63,173 nucleotides of DNA, filler included, from Chrysochromulina tobinii (GCA_001275005.1; 9 parts of 9 records of this genome joined end to end with filler, not necessarily neighbours in it); one strand, 5' to 3'. Positions 29,200 through 39,630 are shown, numbered from the whole stretch's first letter. Program-made: numbers and translations. The notes: generated by a model from the letters alone, not told the origin.

Positions 29200-29604
29200 A
29201 TGCCTGAAATTTATGATCCACTGAACCTCATCGAGCTCGACCCGGTGATGCTCAGCGCCGCGCAGGAGGAGCGCGCGGCGCTCAAGAAGACGAAGGGGGG
29301 CGCTGGTCCGTCGAAGGACAAAGCGCCCACCGAACCCAAAGAACTTAAGAAGCAGAAGGAGGTCGTCGCGGCGATGGAGTCGACGCCGCAGGAGCTGCCG
29401 CCGCCGCCCTCGCCCGAGGAGCTGCGTGTGATGCTCGACAAGATCGGCGCGTATAAGGAGCGCTTCCCGAACCTAAAGTCGCGCAACAAGGTCGGGCCGA
29501 AGAGCTCGCCCGAGGAGATTGAGGACGAGCTACACTACATTCAGCTGCAGCTCGGCACTAGCACGCAGAGCGGCAACTTTGGCAGAGCACTACGACTCGA
29601 TTGA
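29200..29604 (+). CDS. Putative viral protein, probably C-terminally truncated
   Basis: TTCTAAG at 29174-29180. Motif LDKIGAYKERFP...SSPEEIEDELHYI. The frame ends shortly after an apparent junction near 29582. Confidence 0.6.
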   Translation: MPEIYDPLNLIELDPVMLSAAQEERAALKKTKGGAGPSKDKAPTEPKELKKQKEVVAAMESTPQELPPPPSPEELRVMLDKIGAYKERFPNLKSRNKVGPKSSPEEIEDELHYIQLQLGTSTQSGNFGRALRLD

Positions 29605-30070
29605 CAACTACATCGACCACGACTGCTACACTCAGTATCTCGATCCCTTCGGAACAGCGCCGTGGGTGCGCGACGGGGATCACAAGCATCTAGAGGCGCG
29701 CGACCGTGGACGCGCTGTCCGCGAGAAGCAGCTCAATGTCCTCTTGCCCATGGTAGCGGCGGCATCTGAAATGGAGGCCGATCTCTATGTCCCAAGCGTT
29801 GCCGAGGTGGAGAAACTCCCCAAGTTCTCATCGCATGTGGGGATTGGCAATTGGGGCTGCGACACGTGGCGAGGGGCTCTGCGAGACGTACGAGGGGTCG
29901 GGGCTCTGCCGATCCTGAATCAGACGATACGGGATGAGGAATTTCCCCAGAAGGACAAGGGCCAGGTGGCTCGCGAGGTGCATCAGGAGAACTTCTACGT
30001 TTCGCGCGTTTTCGACCGAAGCGGCGCGCCAGACCACGGTAGATACTGTGCACCAGGGGCCACAGAATGA
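29582..30070 (+). pseudogene. Start-less coding segment (AEHYDSIDNY...APGATE*), a remnant of another viral gene
   Basis: Coding-like codon usage in the +1 frame, with no ATG or upstream motif at its 5' end. Confidence 0.5.
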
Positions 30071-30118
30071 GCATAGTAACACACGAACCTTAGAACTTTC
30101 TAGAGGTGTTAACGAGCA

Positions 30119-30400
30119 ATGGACGACTTGGAATCGGAGCTGGCGCGGAGTGTTTCTGCACAGGTGAGTAAAACATTCATAGAGACACGGCCGCTCCTGG
30201 CACTCGGTGTTCTGGTACTTCTCATTGGAGCCTACGAGATGCGTAAGCACGTCCCAAAGCAGCCACACAGCCGCAGCGCCGTCGTGCACGCTGCGGACGA
30301 CCTCGAGATCGGGCGCCACAGGCACGACGGCTCACAGCCGACGGCCGACCGCGTTCGACCGGGCCATCGCAAGACCATCACGTGGGACGCTAGGCTATAG
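30119..30400 (+). CDS. Small single-TM putative viral protein, 93 aa
   Basis: TTCTAG at 30098-30103 and a hydrophobic segment PLLALGVLVLLIGAY. Confidence 0.65.
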   Translation: MDDLESELARSVSAQVSKTFIETRPLLALGVLVLLIGAYEMRKHVPKQPHSRSAVVHAADDLEIGRHRHDGSQPTADRVRPGHRKTITWDARL

Positions 30401-30813
30401 AAGCTGAACGTCTATGAGACCTTCGTAGTGACTCTCTCCGTTGTACACGATGTAGATGACATCGGCTGTCGGCCCTCCAAGTGGGTTCATCCTTTTTGGC
30501 TCTTCCATGCGGAACAGGTTTTCAGGGTCGTCGTCGTCGTCGGGGGTTAGTTTGGGTCAAGCGCACATATAACAATTCCACAAACCCGATTCGTTAACAT
30601 GAACTCCGATGGGATTTCGAAACCACAGATTCCTTTTGGATGACCATCACGACGCGAGCGTTCCACAGCATGACCGCTCCAGGGCGCGTGACTTCGACGT
30701 GAACCATGCAAAGGGCCTGGTCTGACGTCGCTTATGGCGCCAATGGATTCTCCAGCCTTTCGTTCACATCCCCACGAACTTTGGACTCCCCAAACGACGA
30801 GGCAGCCCCCCAA
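30395..30813 (-). pseudogene. Frameshifted remnant with an OTU-like cysteine protease C-terminal motif
   Basis: Minus strand 30550-30395 reads LTPDDDDDPENLFRMEEPKRMNPLGGPTADVIYIVYNGESHYEGLIDVQLL*. It is one base out of frame with the upstream ORF 30547-30813. Confidence 0.4.
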
Positions 30814-31306
30814 AATGAAGCATTTCGAGCCTGCTTTTAGATTTACCTAGCCGCGTGTTTTTAGATTTATCGTGTGTTTTTAGATTTACTGCTTTGCACC
30901 TGCGGTGCATATCTTCGGCTATGTATGCCAGGTCGGTTGCACTTTCTGTGCGCGTCACCCTTGTGTTCACCCGGCACATCTGTACGTGCTTGATCCCCTC
31001 TGCGGCACCATTGATTGCTAGTCGGGTAGTACAAGGTCTCAGACGACGCGATGCGATGACCTCTACGGAGCAGTCGTGTTAATCCGCTGTGCATCATTGT
31101 CCGGCACTTTCTGTGCGTTTGTCACCCTCCTGTTTGCACTTTACGTGCATTGACTGCGAGTCGGGAAGTTGCTTTTAACCAGCTCAGCTCACACACACAA
31201 CGAATTTTCTGCATCGCGTAAACAGTGATTGGGTATTCGTGCGCGCCGCGGGTCCGGGTGACGCCGCGCGACAATTTCACACGCCGCCGCGACAATTTCA
31301 CAGCCA

Positions 31307-31684
31307 ATGTTTAGAATTCGACACCCAAGACACCGGACCGGCGTACATACGGATGCGGTTATTTCACACTCCCCAAACGATGGCGAGTGTGCCGAGGCCG
31401 AGGGCTCTTACTCGGTCGCCGTGCATGGCCGCTGCATGATTGCGCACTCTTTCGAGGGCGAGTGCTTCGGGCCCGCGCAGGCGCTGCACGGCTGCACGTA
31501 CGTCGTCGACGCCATCGTCGAGGGTCCCAGGCTCCAAACGGGCGCAAACTACCTCGTCGACTTTTGCCCTGCGGAGCGCGCCTTGCATGTCGCTCTCGGG
31601 TGCTACCGTGAGCGCAACCTCGACGAGCTCGTTGAGTTCGCGGGCGAGAACACGATGTGCGAGCGCGTCGCGAGGGCCGTGTGG
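31307..31684 (+). CDS. 6-pyruvoyl-tetrahydropterin synthase / QueD-like protein, partial and possibly degenerate
   Basis: YSVAV...MIAHSF.GE.FGPAQALHG.TYVVD...NLDE..EFAGENT..E. Truncated by the gap, and the 5' end is unclear. Confidence 0.75.
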
Positions 31685-32184
31685 NNNNNNNNNNNNNNNN
31701 NNNNNNNNNNNNNNNNNNNNNNNNNNNNTTAATTAATTAANNNNNNNNNNNNNNNNNNNNNNNNNNNNNNNNNNNNNNNNNNNNGTATCTCTGTCGTCGT
31801 TGTCTCGCCGCTGCCTCTGCCGTCCTTGCGAGTGATGCGCTTTTTTCAATCATGCCGATCAACTGCGGTCCGATCTTGATTTCTTCCGTTAGCCTGCCTG
31901 TCGCAGTTCTCGCGTCGGCGATGTGCGGTATCTTTGGTTTGCGCGGTCCCGTCCTGTGGCTCCTGGCTGGTCTCGTCGTATGTGGCGACCCTGTTCCTTC
32001 TGCGCGCTCCGGCCAGGACCGCTGCAACGGGCCCGCTTGCCCCACTCGTCGGCGCTGTTGCGCGCGCCGCACGTTCTGGCGCCGTGTTGGTTAACTACGT
32101 CCGTGAACAACGCCCCCTAACATCCCCAATAGTATGCGGGCCTCACCCTCATCCTCTGTCACCCAAAGTGCAAAGACGTTGCTA

Positions 32185-33681
32185 TCACCCCATCGCCTGA
32201 CCCATCGCCACCCGCAGCATCTCGCTCACGTCGACGAGCTTCTCGCGCACCTTGCCAACCTGCTTGCCACGCGCCACCTCGCTCGCGTCTATGCGCTTCC
32301 ATGCCTCAAAGTCGAGCACCGGCTGCCGCTGTGCGGCGAGCCGCTTGCGCACCGCATCGGCACCCGCGCCTCCCACATCGAGCTTGCCAGTCAGCCGATC
32401 CGCGATCAGAGTGGCGGCCGTCTCGTTCGCGTCGTTCACGTTGGTCAGGATGACGCCGGTCGGCCCACGCTTAAGCCAGCCAGCCACGTACAGCCCGGGG
32501 GCGCCCGTGACGCGCCCGCCTCTGTTCGGCACCACGCCGCGCACTTCGTCAAATGGCGCGCCCTCGAGGGGAGACGAACGGTACCCTACCGACTTGAGCA
32601 CCAGGCCGCACGGGAAGTCATACGCGCTGCCCTCCACGAGATGCGCGCGCTGCTGCGCGGAGGGCTCGCCCTCGAGTTTCGTCAAGCCCACACGCACAGC
32701 GCCGAGCCGCCCAGGGTCCTCGGCCGCGCCGACGAAGCCGAGCGGAGCGCGCTGGAACTGCACGCGCACAGCGCGCGGCGAGTCCGCGCCTGGCGGCGGC
32801 GGTGGGTTCGGCAGCTCGGCCTCATTGGGGATGGAGCTCATGAGCTCGATCAGGCGCTTGCGCGGCCGGTCGGTAGCGGCTTGCTTGAGGACGGCCTCGT
32901 TGAAGGCGTCGGCGGGCGCGAGCAAGCTGAACGTCGCGCCCGCTCGCTTTGAGAGCTCGCGAAGCTCCTTGATAGTGAAAGCCGCATGCAGCACACCGCG
33001 CCGGCCGAGCAGCACGACCTGCCGGATGGCGCTCTGGCTGAGCGCGGCGGCTGCATGCGCGGCGACGTCCGTGTCCCCCACGAGCTGCTCGGGCGTCGAG
33101 CTGAGCATGCGCGCGCAGTCGAGCGCCACGTTACCGTGCCCGATGATCACTGCCGTCTCGCACCTGCCCAATTCAAAGTCTCGATCCGCTGCGTGCGGGT
33201 GCCCGTTGTACCACTCTACAAAGGTGCGGGCGGAATGCACGCCTCGCAGGCCCTCGCCACTGAGGCCGAGCGAGCGGTCGGCGTCAGCGCCGTACGCGAG
33301 CACGACGGCGTGGTACTGCTCACGCAGAGCTTCGAAGGGCAGATGCGCGGCCACGTCGCCGGGCGGGCCGGCTGCACCAACCCGCACGTTTGCAAGCAGC
33401 GAGCAGCGCGGATCGGAGACGATCTGCTCGAAGCGGTCGGTGACGTTCTTGACCGCCTGATGGTCGGGCGCCACTCCATACCGCACCAATCCGTACGGCA
33501 CCGGGAGCCGCTCGTAGATGTCCACGTGCACGCCCGGGTCGCTCTTGAGCAGCTGATCAGCCGTATAGAAGCCCGCAGGACCGCTGCCAACGATCGCGAC
33601 GTGCCAGGGGCGCGCCGATGCGGTGGAGAAGCGTCGGAGTGCCGGCAACGCCGAGTGAGAACGCCGCACAGCTGCGTGCAT
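32185..33681 (-). CDS. FDXR: NADPH:adrenodoxin oxidoreductase (mitochondrial ferredoxin reductase)
   Basis: GSGPAGFY, PYGLVRYGVAPDH, IGHGNVALDCAR, AFTIKELREL, GWLKRGPTGVI, KVREK. Arg/Ser-rich transit peptide. Confidence 0.93.
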   Translation of the reverse strand: MHAAVRRSHSALPALRRFSTASARPWHVAIVGSGPAGFYTADQLLKSDPGVHVDIYERLPVPYGLVRYGVAPDHQAVKNVTDRFEQIVSDPRCSLLANVRVGAAGPPGDVAAHLPFEALREQYHAVVLAYGADADRSLGLSGEGLRGVHSARTFVEWYNGHPHAADRDFELGRCETAVIIGHGNVALDCARMLSSTPEQLVGDTDVAAHAAAALSQSAIRQVVLLGRRGVLHAAFTIKELRELSKRAGATFSLLAPADAFNEAVLKQAATDRPRKRLIELMSSIPNEAELPNPPPPPGADSPRAVRVQFQRAPLGFVGAAEDPGRLGAVRVGLTKLEGEPSAQQRAHLVEGSAYDFPCGLVLKSVGYRSSPLEGAPFDEVRGVVPNRGGRVTGAPGLYVAGWLKRGPTGVILTNVNDANETAATLIADRLTGKLDVGGAGADAVRKRLAAQRQPVLDFEAWKRIDASEVARGKQVGKVREKLVDVSEMLRVAMGQAMG

Positions 33682-33769
33682 GTGGAGACGAGGTTTCGTC
33701 ACATTCGGCGTCAATGTTCACGGCGCGCACGTTCACACAAACCGCGTTCACAGTTCAGACCATAATGTT

Positions 33770-34679
33770 TCAGAGGAGATGCGGCTGTCCGTGTATGTCA
33801 AGGTCAATGACATACGTCGGCCCCGCATGGCCGCTGCCGTCGCGGTCCGTGTAGTTGGCGCACCGTCGGGCTGAGTCGTGATCCAGCGCATCGAACTCAC
33901 GGATGGGCGCGAGCGAGGAGACGCGCGGCGACATGCTGTTGCGCAACGGCGAGCCCAGCAGAACCGGGACCGTGGCCGAGCCAGCCTTGGGCATTGTCAC
34001 GCGGATGCCCTCCTCGTCATGCGCGAAGGATGGTGAGTACGACGGCGTGGGCGAGACGGCGGCCGTGGCCGGCGAGGCAGCGGCGGTGCCCCCCCTCGTC
34101 CAGACGGGCGCATTGCCCTCGTCCGCGTCCTCGTACGAGCCGTCGTAGCGCGTCTTTGTCCTAGACGGCGCGCCGTACGCCTTGTACGCCGGCGCCGCTG
34201 GCCGCTGGCCGATGGCGGCTGCGGCGGCGGCGTGCTGGGCGGCGGCAGCGGCGGCGGACTCGGCGGCGGCCACACGCCCAAGCAACGCGCCGCGCTCCCT
34301 CTCGAGCGCCGCGGCCTCAGAGGCCCAGTGCTCACCACGGCGCCTCGACTCGGCGGCCTCGGCTGCCTCGGCATCAACGGTCGCGCGCGCAGAGAGGATC
34401 TGATCCTCGAGCTCGGAGACCTCGGCGCTCGCCGCCTCGTGCATTGCCGCGTGCTCCTCGAGCAGCCGCGCGTGCTCGTCGCGCAGCTGGCTCAGTGCCG
34501 CCTGCGCGGTCACGAGTTCCGAATCGAGTTGACGATGGGCGGCCAGCAGCGCCTCATGATCACTGAGCACGCCCATGTGCTCCGTCGTGAGTGCAGCGAG
34601 CTCCGCGCGCACCTCGATGAGCGCTGCCTGCGCCTCGCGCACGCGCAGCACCTCGCGCGCTGACGGCGAGCCAGCCGGC

Positions 34680-34727
<48 letters not shown>

Positions 34728-35620
34728 ACATCGAGAAAGCCGTCCTCGCCGTTGGCCTCCTCAGCGGCGGCGGCCTGCGCGAGCGCGGCGTGGTGGCCGT
34801 GCAGCGCGCCCTCGAGCATGCGGCGCACGAGCGCCTCCGCTGCACCGACCGCGTCCGCCTGTGAGGGCCCCCCGGGTGTCTCCAGGCTGCCCTGCCGCCC
34901 TGCGGTGGCAGCGCCCTCGAGGCCGGGGAGCGCGAGAAGCGAGTCGCCGAGCTCACGCACGGCCGCGCTGAGTGCGGCGGTGGCTAGCATGGCGACAAAG
35001 GGCTGCACGAGCGCCGACGGCAGCTCGCCGCCCCCAGCCGCGTTCGCCGACAACCCGAGCTCCTCCTGTGCGTGCGCCAGCTCATCAAGCATGACCTGCG
35101 AGAGCCGTGAGCCCATCAGCCGTTGCAGCCGCTCGGTGAGCCGGCGGGTGACGATCTCACCCGACGGGCCGCGCAGTGGCGCACGCTCGAGCGCCGGAAG
35201 CACCGTCATCAGCCACACGCGCGCCACCTCCTCGCGCGCGACCGTGCCGCGCACGTCAGGCTGCAGTTGCGAGAGTGCGGCGCTCTGCACCGACGCGGCC
35301 ATTGCCGGGTCGAGCGGCCGGGTTGCGACACGGAGCGAGTCGACGACGGCCGAACGCTTGATGCGCTGGTTCGATGCGGCCGTCGCCACTGTCGCCACAT
35401 CGCCCTCGCTCGGGTGAAAGGGCCCGTTGACTGGAAGGGCCGGCTCGCTGGCGCCGAGGCCCTGGCTGCATCGCCAGCCCGACTGGAGCGGCAGCGGCGG
35501 CACGGCCGAGCCAAACTGACCGCCGGCCGACGAGCTCTTGGTAAACAGGCTCGTGCAGCTCGGGCGGTCGTTGTTGAGGGCGTTCATTGTTGGCCTTAGG
35601 GGCGTTTTAGCGGACTCCAT
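33770..35620 (-). CDS. Uncharacterised coiled-coil protein with a poly-Gly tract
   Basis: Long Ala/Glu/Leu-rich heptad ORF with (GGC)n at about 34682-34726. Both ends uncertain. Confidence 0.55.
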
Positions 35621-35720
35621 CGCGAATTTTGAGTTGTCAGCTGGGTACATTGTAGCTTTCCACTTCCAAATTTGTCCTTCGGATGCCAAGGCCCCTCAGA
35701 GACCTCAGACAAAATTAGAC

Positions 35721-37846
35721 ATGCGACTCAACCTCGGCTTCCTGCTCGGCGACCCTACTCCGACACCGCCCCCAACTAGCGGCGTGTCGGACGTCTACCT
35801 TCTCGCCACCATGCTGATGACGGCACTCGTAATCGTGCTCCACGTCATGTCCCACCTGCGCAACTGGAAGAGCGGCGGCAGCGCCCAAGCAGGTGGGGCC
35901 CTCAAGGCTGCGGTATCGATGGCGTCTCAGCACACGCAGGAGCTCCTCGACTACGTCGCGCTCCTCGAGAAGCGCGTCAAGGAGCTCGAGCTTGCCACGG
36001 GCGCGGTCCCACCCCCAAAGAAAAAGATTGAGCGCGCTGAGGATTCCCCTCTCCTCAAGTCAGCGCACAAGGCTGCGTCGGTTCCCAAGGTGCCGATCGA
36101 GAAGCAGATCGATTACAGCTCGGCGGATGCATCCAAGTGGAACTTCACGGAGCTGGTATCGTGGCGATCGCAAGGCTCAAACTCCGCGCCCCGACCCAAT
36201 CCAAGCTTCCCATGTGACTTCGGGTCTCGCCGCTTCGCAGACCTACAAGGGCTCCGCTCGCTACATCGCCGTTGGGAAGGAGGAGAAGGTCCAGGGCCCC
36301 ATCGCAGAAGGCCTCAAGAAGATTCGCGAGACGCCTGCCAAGTACTTCGCCATCAAATATCAGACGGTCAGCTCCATGTTCTGTCCTGTACTCTGGGAGC
36401 CCCTGAGAGTCCCTCAAGTCTGGATTGCCCTGGTCCACGTCGAGAGTCAGCGAGAGTCCGAAGGGGAGAGTCCAATCGGCCCCTGAGTGTCCCGTGCTCG
36501 ATCCAGACTCTCCCCTTCGACCTTCTTTCAGGATGCTGTCGCGCGCCCTGTCCGTCTCGTTTGCAGCCTCACGCGCGGCCCTCGTCCGCTCTCTCGCACA
36601 GGACATGGCCGAATGGCCGGCTGGCGAGCAGGAGTACCGCCTCATCCATCGTGAGGGCACGAAGGGCTATTCGCCGCAAAATACGGGGCCGGACGGCTGG
36701 ATGACCATCTTGATGGCCGAATATCAGAGGCTGCCCTCACTGCCTTCCCTTCCGGACGAGGTGAAGGACGGCTTCACGGAGGAGATGGCATTCCAAGGCT
36801 ACTTGCTCCACCATGCGAAGAACCCACCCCTGTTCCCCGGCCGCGGACAGGGCATCGGCGATACTCCCAATCTGAAGATAATTGGCGACATCGACCCCTC
36901 GGACGTGTCCCAAGGCGACGTCGGCGATTGCTGGCTGCTCTCAGCCATCTCTTCGCTGGCCGAGTTCGACGGTGCGATTGCCAGGCTCTTTCGCAAGACG
37001 CCCAACCTCAAGAGCATGCCCAGGGAGGGCCCGAACAAGTACACGATCTCGCTGTGGGACCTCGCGACCTGGACGGAGGTCGACGTGGTGGTCGACGAGC
37101 GCCTTGCGGCCAAGGCGACGGGCGACGGGCTCCTTGGATGCTCGCCCAGCCACGATGGCGAACTGTGGGTGTGCTACCTCGAGAAGGCGGTCGCGATCCA
37201 CTGTGGCGGCTGGGACGAGATCGATGGCGGCCAGTGCACGCACGCGTGGAGCATCCTCACGGGCTGCAAGGAGCAGTACACCATTCGCAAAGGCAAGACT
37301 GGCAAGTTTGGCTGCCTGAGCAAGTTCAACCCCAACGAGAGGAGGTGGGAGGCTCTCGAGAACTCGCCGCAAAAGGGCTTCCGCGGGCTCTGGCCGAGCG
37401 CGTGGCCCAAGGTCGGCGGCGGCGGCAGCTATACACTCCAGCTCGACGAGGAGGAGCTCTTCATGCGCATGTGCGCGTGGGACGACGCCAACTTCGTCAT
37501 CGCCGCGGGCACGAAGGCGGGCTCGGACACGCAGTCCACCGACGGCATCGTCGATGGGCATGCGTATACGGTGCTCGAGTGCGTCAACGACGTGGCTGGC
37601 ACGGACGTCGACCTCATCAAGATGCGCAATCCTTGGGGCAAGGGCGAGATCGAGAATGGTGAGTTTGATGACGACGGCCCCGGCTGGCAAAAGTACCCCC
37701 AGGTCAAGGCGTTCCTGAAGCCGGTCGTGGCCGACGATGGCATCTTCTGGCTGAGCAAGGACGAGTTCTTCAAGTACTTCCACACGTTGTATGTGTGCGC
37801 CAAGGACATGTCCGACTTCATCCCGGCCCACGAGCGCAAGAATTGA
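35721..37846 (+). CDS. Calpain-family cysteine protease (CysPc) with an N-terminal TM segment and coiled coil; exons 35721-36155, 36241-36366 and 36602-37846
   Basis: Catalytic motifs QGDVGDCW, GHAY and RNPWG. Two phase-0 GT-AG introns join three ORF-track frames into one. Confidence 0.85.
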
Positions 37847-38142
37847 GCGGAAAGGGGGCAGGCAGGCGGGTGACCCAAGAAGATCATGCATGGTGAGCGA
37901 ATGGCTCACGTGTATGGGGAGGTCTTAAGTTGACGAGCACCTTGGGGGTCCACAACATCACTGCGCAAATCTTGATGACGAATAGGCACATCTACGCTTT
38001 ACATGAGTGGTCACTGTAGGGTCTCGGGGGTAGCTGGTGTGTTGGGAGTGGAGGGTCGCGCAGTTTTTGTGTTTTGCATTCACACCTCGGACAAAAAAGC
38101 AGGTTTTGTCCACAGCCTCTCGTCTTTAGTCTCCCCCTCTCG

Positions 38143-38852
38143 ATGTTGGTCGTCTTCGCGGCGCTCACATACACGGCGGCCCCAGCACTCTCGCTGGGCG
38201 CCAACAACACTGTGCGCTACTTCTTCGGCTCCAAATGACCCGGGTGCATGTCGTTCGGTTCCGGCGACTTCGTCAAGCTCTTTGACGACGTGCGTGTTTC
38301 GCAGCAACCGGACTCGAACGGTGCCTCACCATCCACTCACCAATCTCAGGAGCGCACGTTCGACTCTCGCCCTGGCAGTTCGGCGAGACGGACAACTTCG
38401 AGCTCATCCCAGCCGTGCGCCATCCTACTGGTGGCAACTGCGTCGATGAGACTGGCTGCGACTTTGAGAAGATCACGGCATGCGCTTTCGATGGCGTCCC
38501 AGAGTCCAAGCAGGTGTCCTTCCTCGCGTGCATGGACGAGCAGCGCGTCGGCACTCCCCAGTCCTGTGCCCAGACGTGCGCCATCAAAGACGACCTGCAC
38601 TATAATGCGATCGAGGATTGCTTCAACGGGCCGCGTGGCAACGAGCTGCTCGCGAATGCCTCCAAGGCCTTCAACGATGCGCTCCCGGGCTCAACAACGA
38701 TCCCGCACACGTTTGTGAACACGGCCGACGTGCAGCCCTCCTACACCACGCTCAAGTTGGCGCTCTGCCAGGCGGGCTCGTCGGCAAAGGTGTGCAAGTC
38801 TCTCGTCGAGGACGCTGACGGTCTCAACTCCTATAGAAAATGCACCGTCTAA
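38143..38852 (+). CDS. GILT-like thiol reductase selenoprotein (UxxC); exons 38143-38289 and 38379-38852; in-frame TGA at 38236-38238 read as Sec
   Basis: Signal peptide, then FFGSK-TGA-PGC. Downstream GILT-like pattern VSFLACMD, IEDCFNGPRGNELL, IPHTFVN and LC. Phase-0 GT-AG intron and a 3' SECIS. Confidence 0.8.
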
Positions 38853-38902
38853 AGGGGCCACAGGCACGAGGTCGACCACGCGCGCCTGGCTGACAGCACT
38901 TT

Positions 38903-38990
38903 GGGTGCCTCTTTCCTGCTCACACATGACCGCGGCCGGAGCAAACCAAGCCTCCGTCCCCGCGCGAGACCAGATGAGAAGGAGACGCCC
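38903..38990 (+). promoter_or_regulatory. Eukaryotic SECIS element in the 3' UTR
   Basis: ATGA 38926-38929, AAA 38943-38945 and GA 38966-38967. Upper stem CGCGG..CGGAG pairs with CTCCG..CCGCG; lower stem GGGTG..TTCCT.CTCA pairs with TGAG.AGGA..CGCCC. Confidence 0.8.
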
Positions 38991-39630
38991 CCGAAAGCGC
39001 TTTGGTGCCGAGACGCGACGCGCGAAATCGGACGAGCAGGCTTAACCGCCTCCGAAACGAGTGAAGTATGAAAATCAGCCGTTGTTCTGTGTGTCTGCTC
39101 ACTGGATCTGAACTGATTCCGCCACGACCTTGTTTTTGCATTGGCCATTGCACCTCGGTCCTCGCCGGCTCCTTGATGGGCGCTTTACCGCCTCGGGGCC
39201 CTTCTCGCCGCTGCCCCCCGCTCCGCGGCGGGCGGCGACGGTCGCCGCGCGCGCCGGCGAGGCGCGGCGCGGCGCGCACGGTCGGCGCGCACCGACGCGC
39301 AATTCCGCAATATCCGAAATGGAAAATCCTTAGATATCGAAGGACGAACAAGAGCACAATTCGAAACACGAAGCGCCCGAGGCGCACACACACATATCGC
39401 AACATGCAACAAAGCGGAACGTTGTGTCGCAAACTCCGCCGAACACAGATCAACGACGCGTCCCCCGACCGTGGTCCGACTATGTGACCACAGCACTAGA
39501 AATCATGACAAGGAAACGGCCAACAGTAGCCCTCTCTATGGGCGTATGGGGCTCAGCTGCGCGCGTGGGATGTCGCCGCCGCGCTCGCTCACACATGCGC
39601 CCCGAAGCCCCGCCCACCGTCCGCGACGCC

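Larger units (their letters stand above)
24028..31300 (+). mobile_element. Putative endogenous small DNA virus fragment (Polinton-like virus or small Nucleocytoviricota relative), structural gene module
   Basis: About ten tightly packed, intronless, co-oriented ORFs with visibly lower GC than host genes. Shared upstream motif, an ATGA overlap, penton-like and giant-virus-like membrane-protein motifs. Left end is cut by the contig edge and the right boundary is approximate. Confidence 0.75.

Noticed and set aside
29733..30074. Minus-strand ORF with an inverted TTCTAAG 16 nt upstream
   Set aside because: The translation looks like a shadow frame and the plus strand has the coding-like codons. 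The inverted motif may simply be part of the TAGAA-CT-TTCTA palindrome. Not fully excluded.
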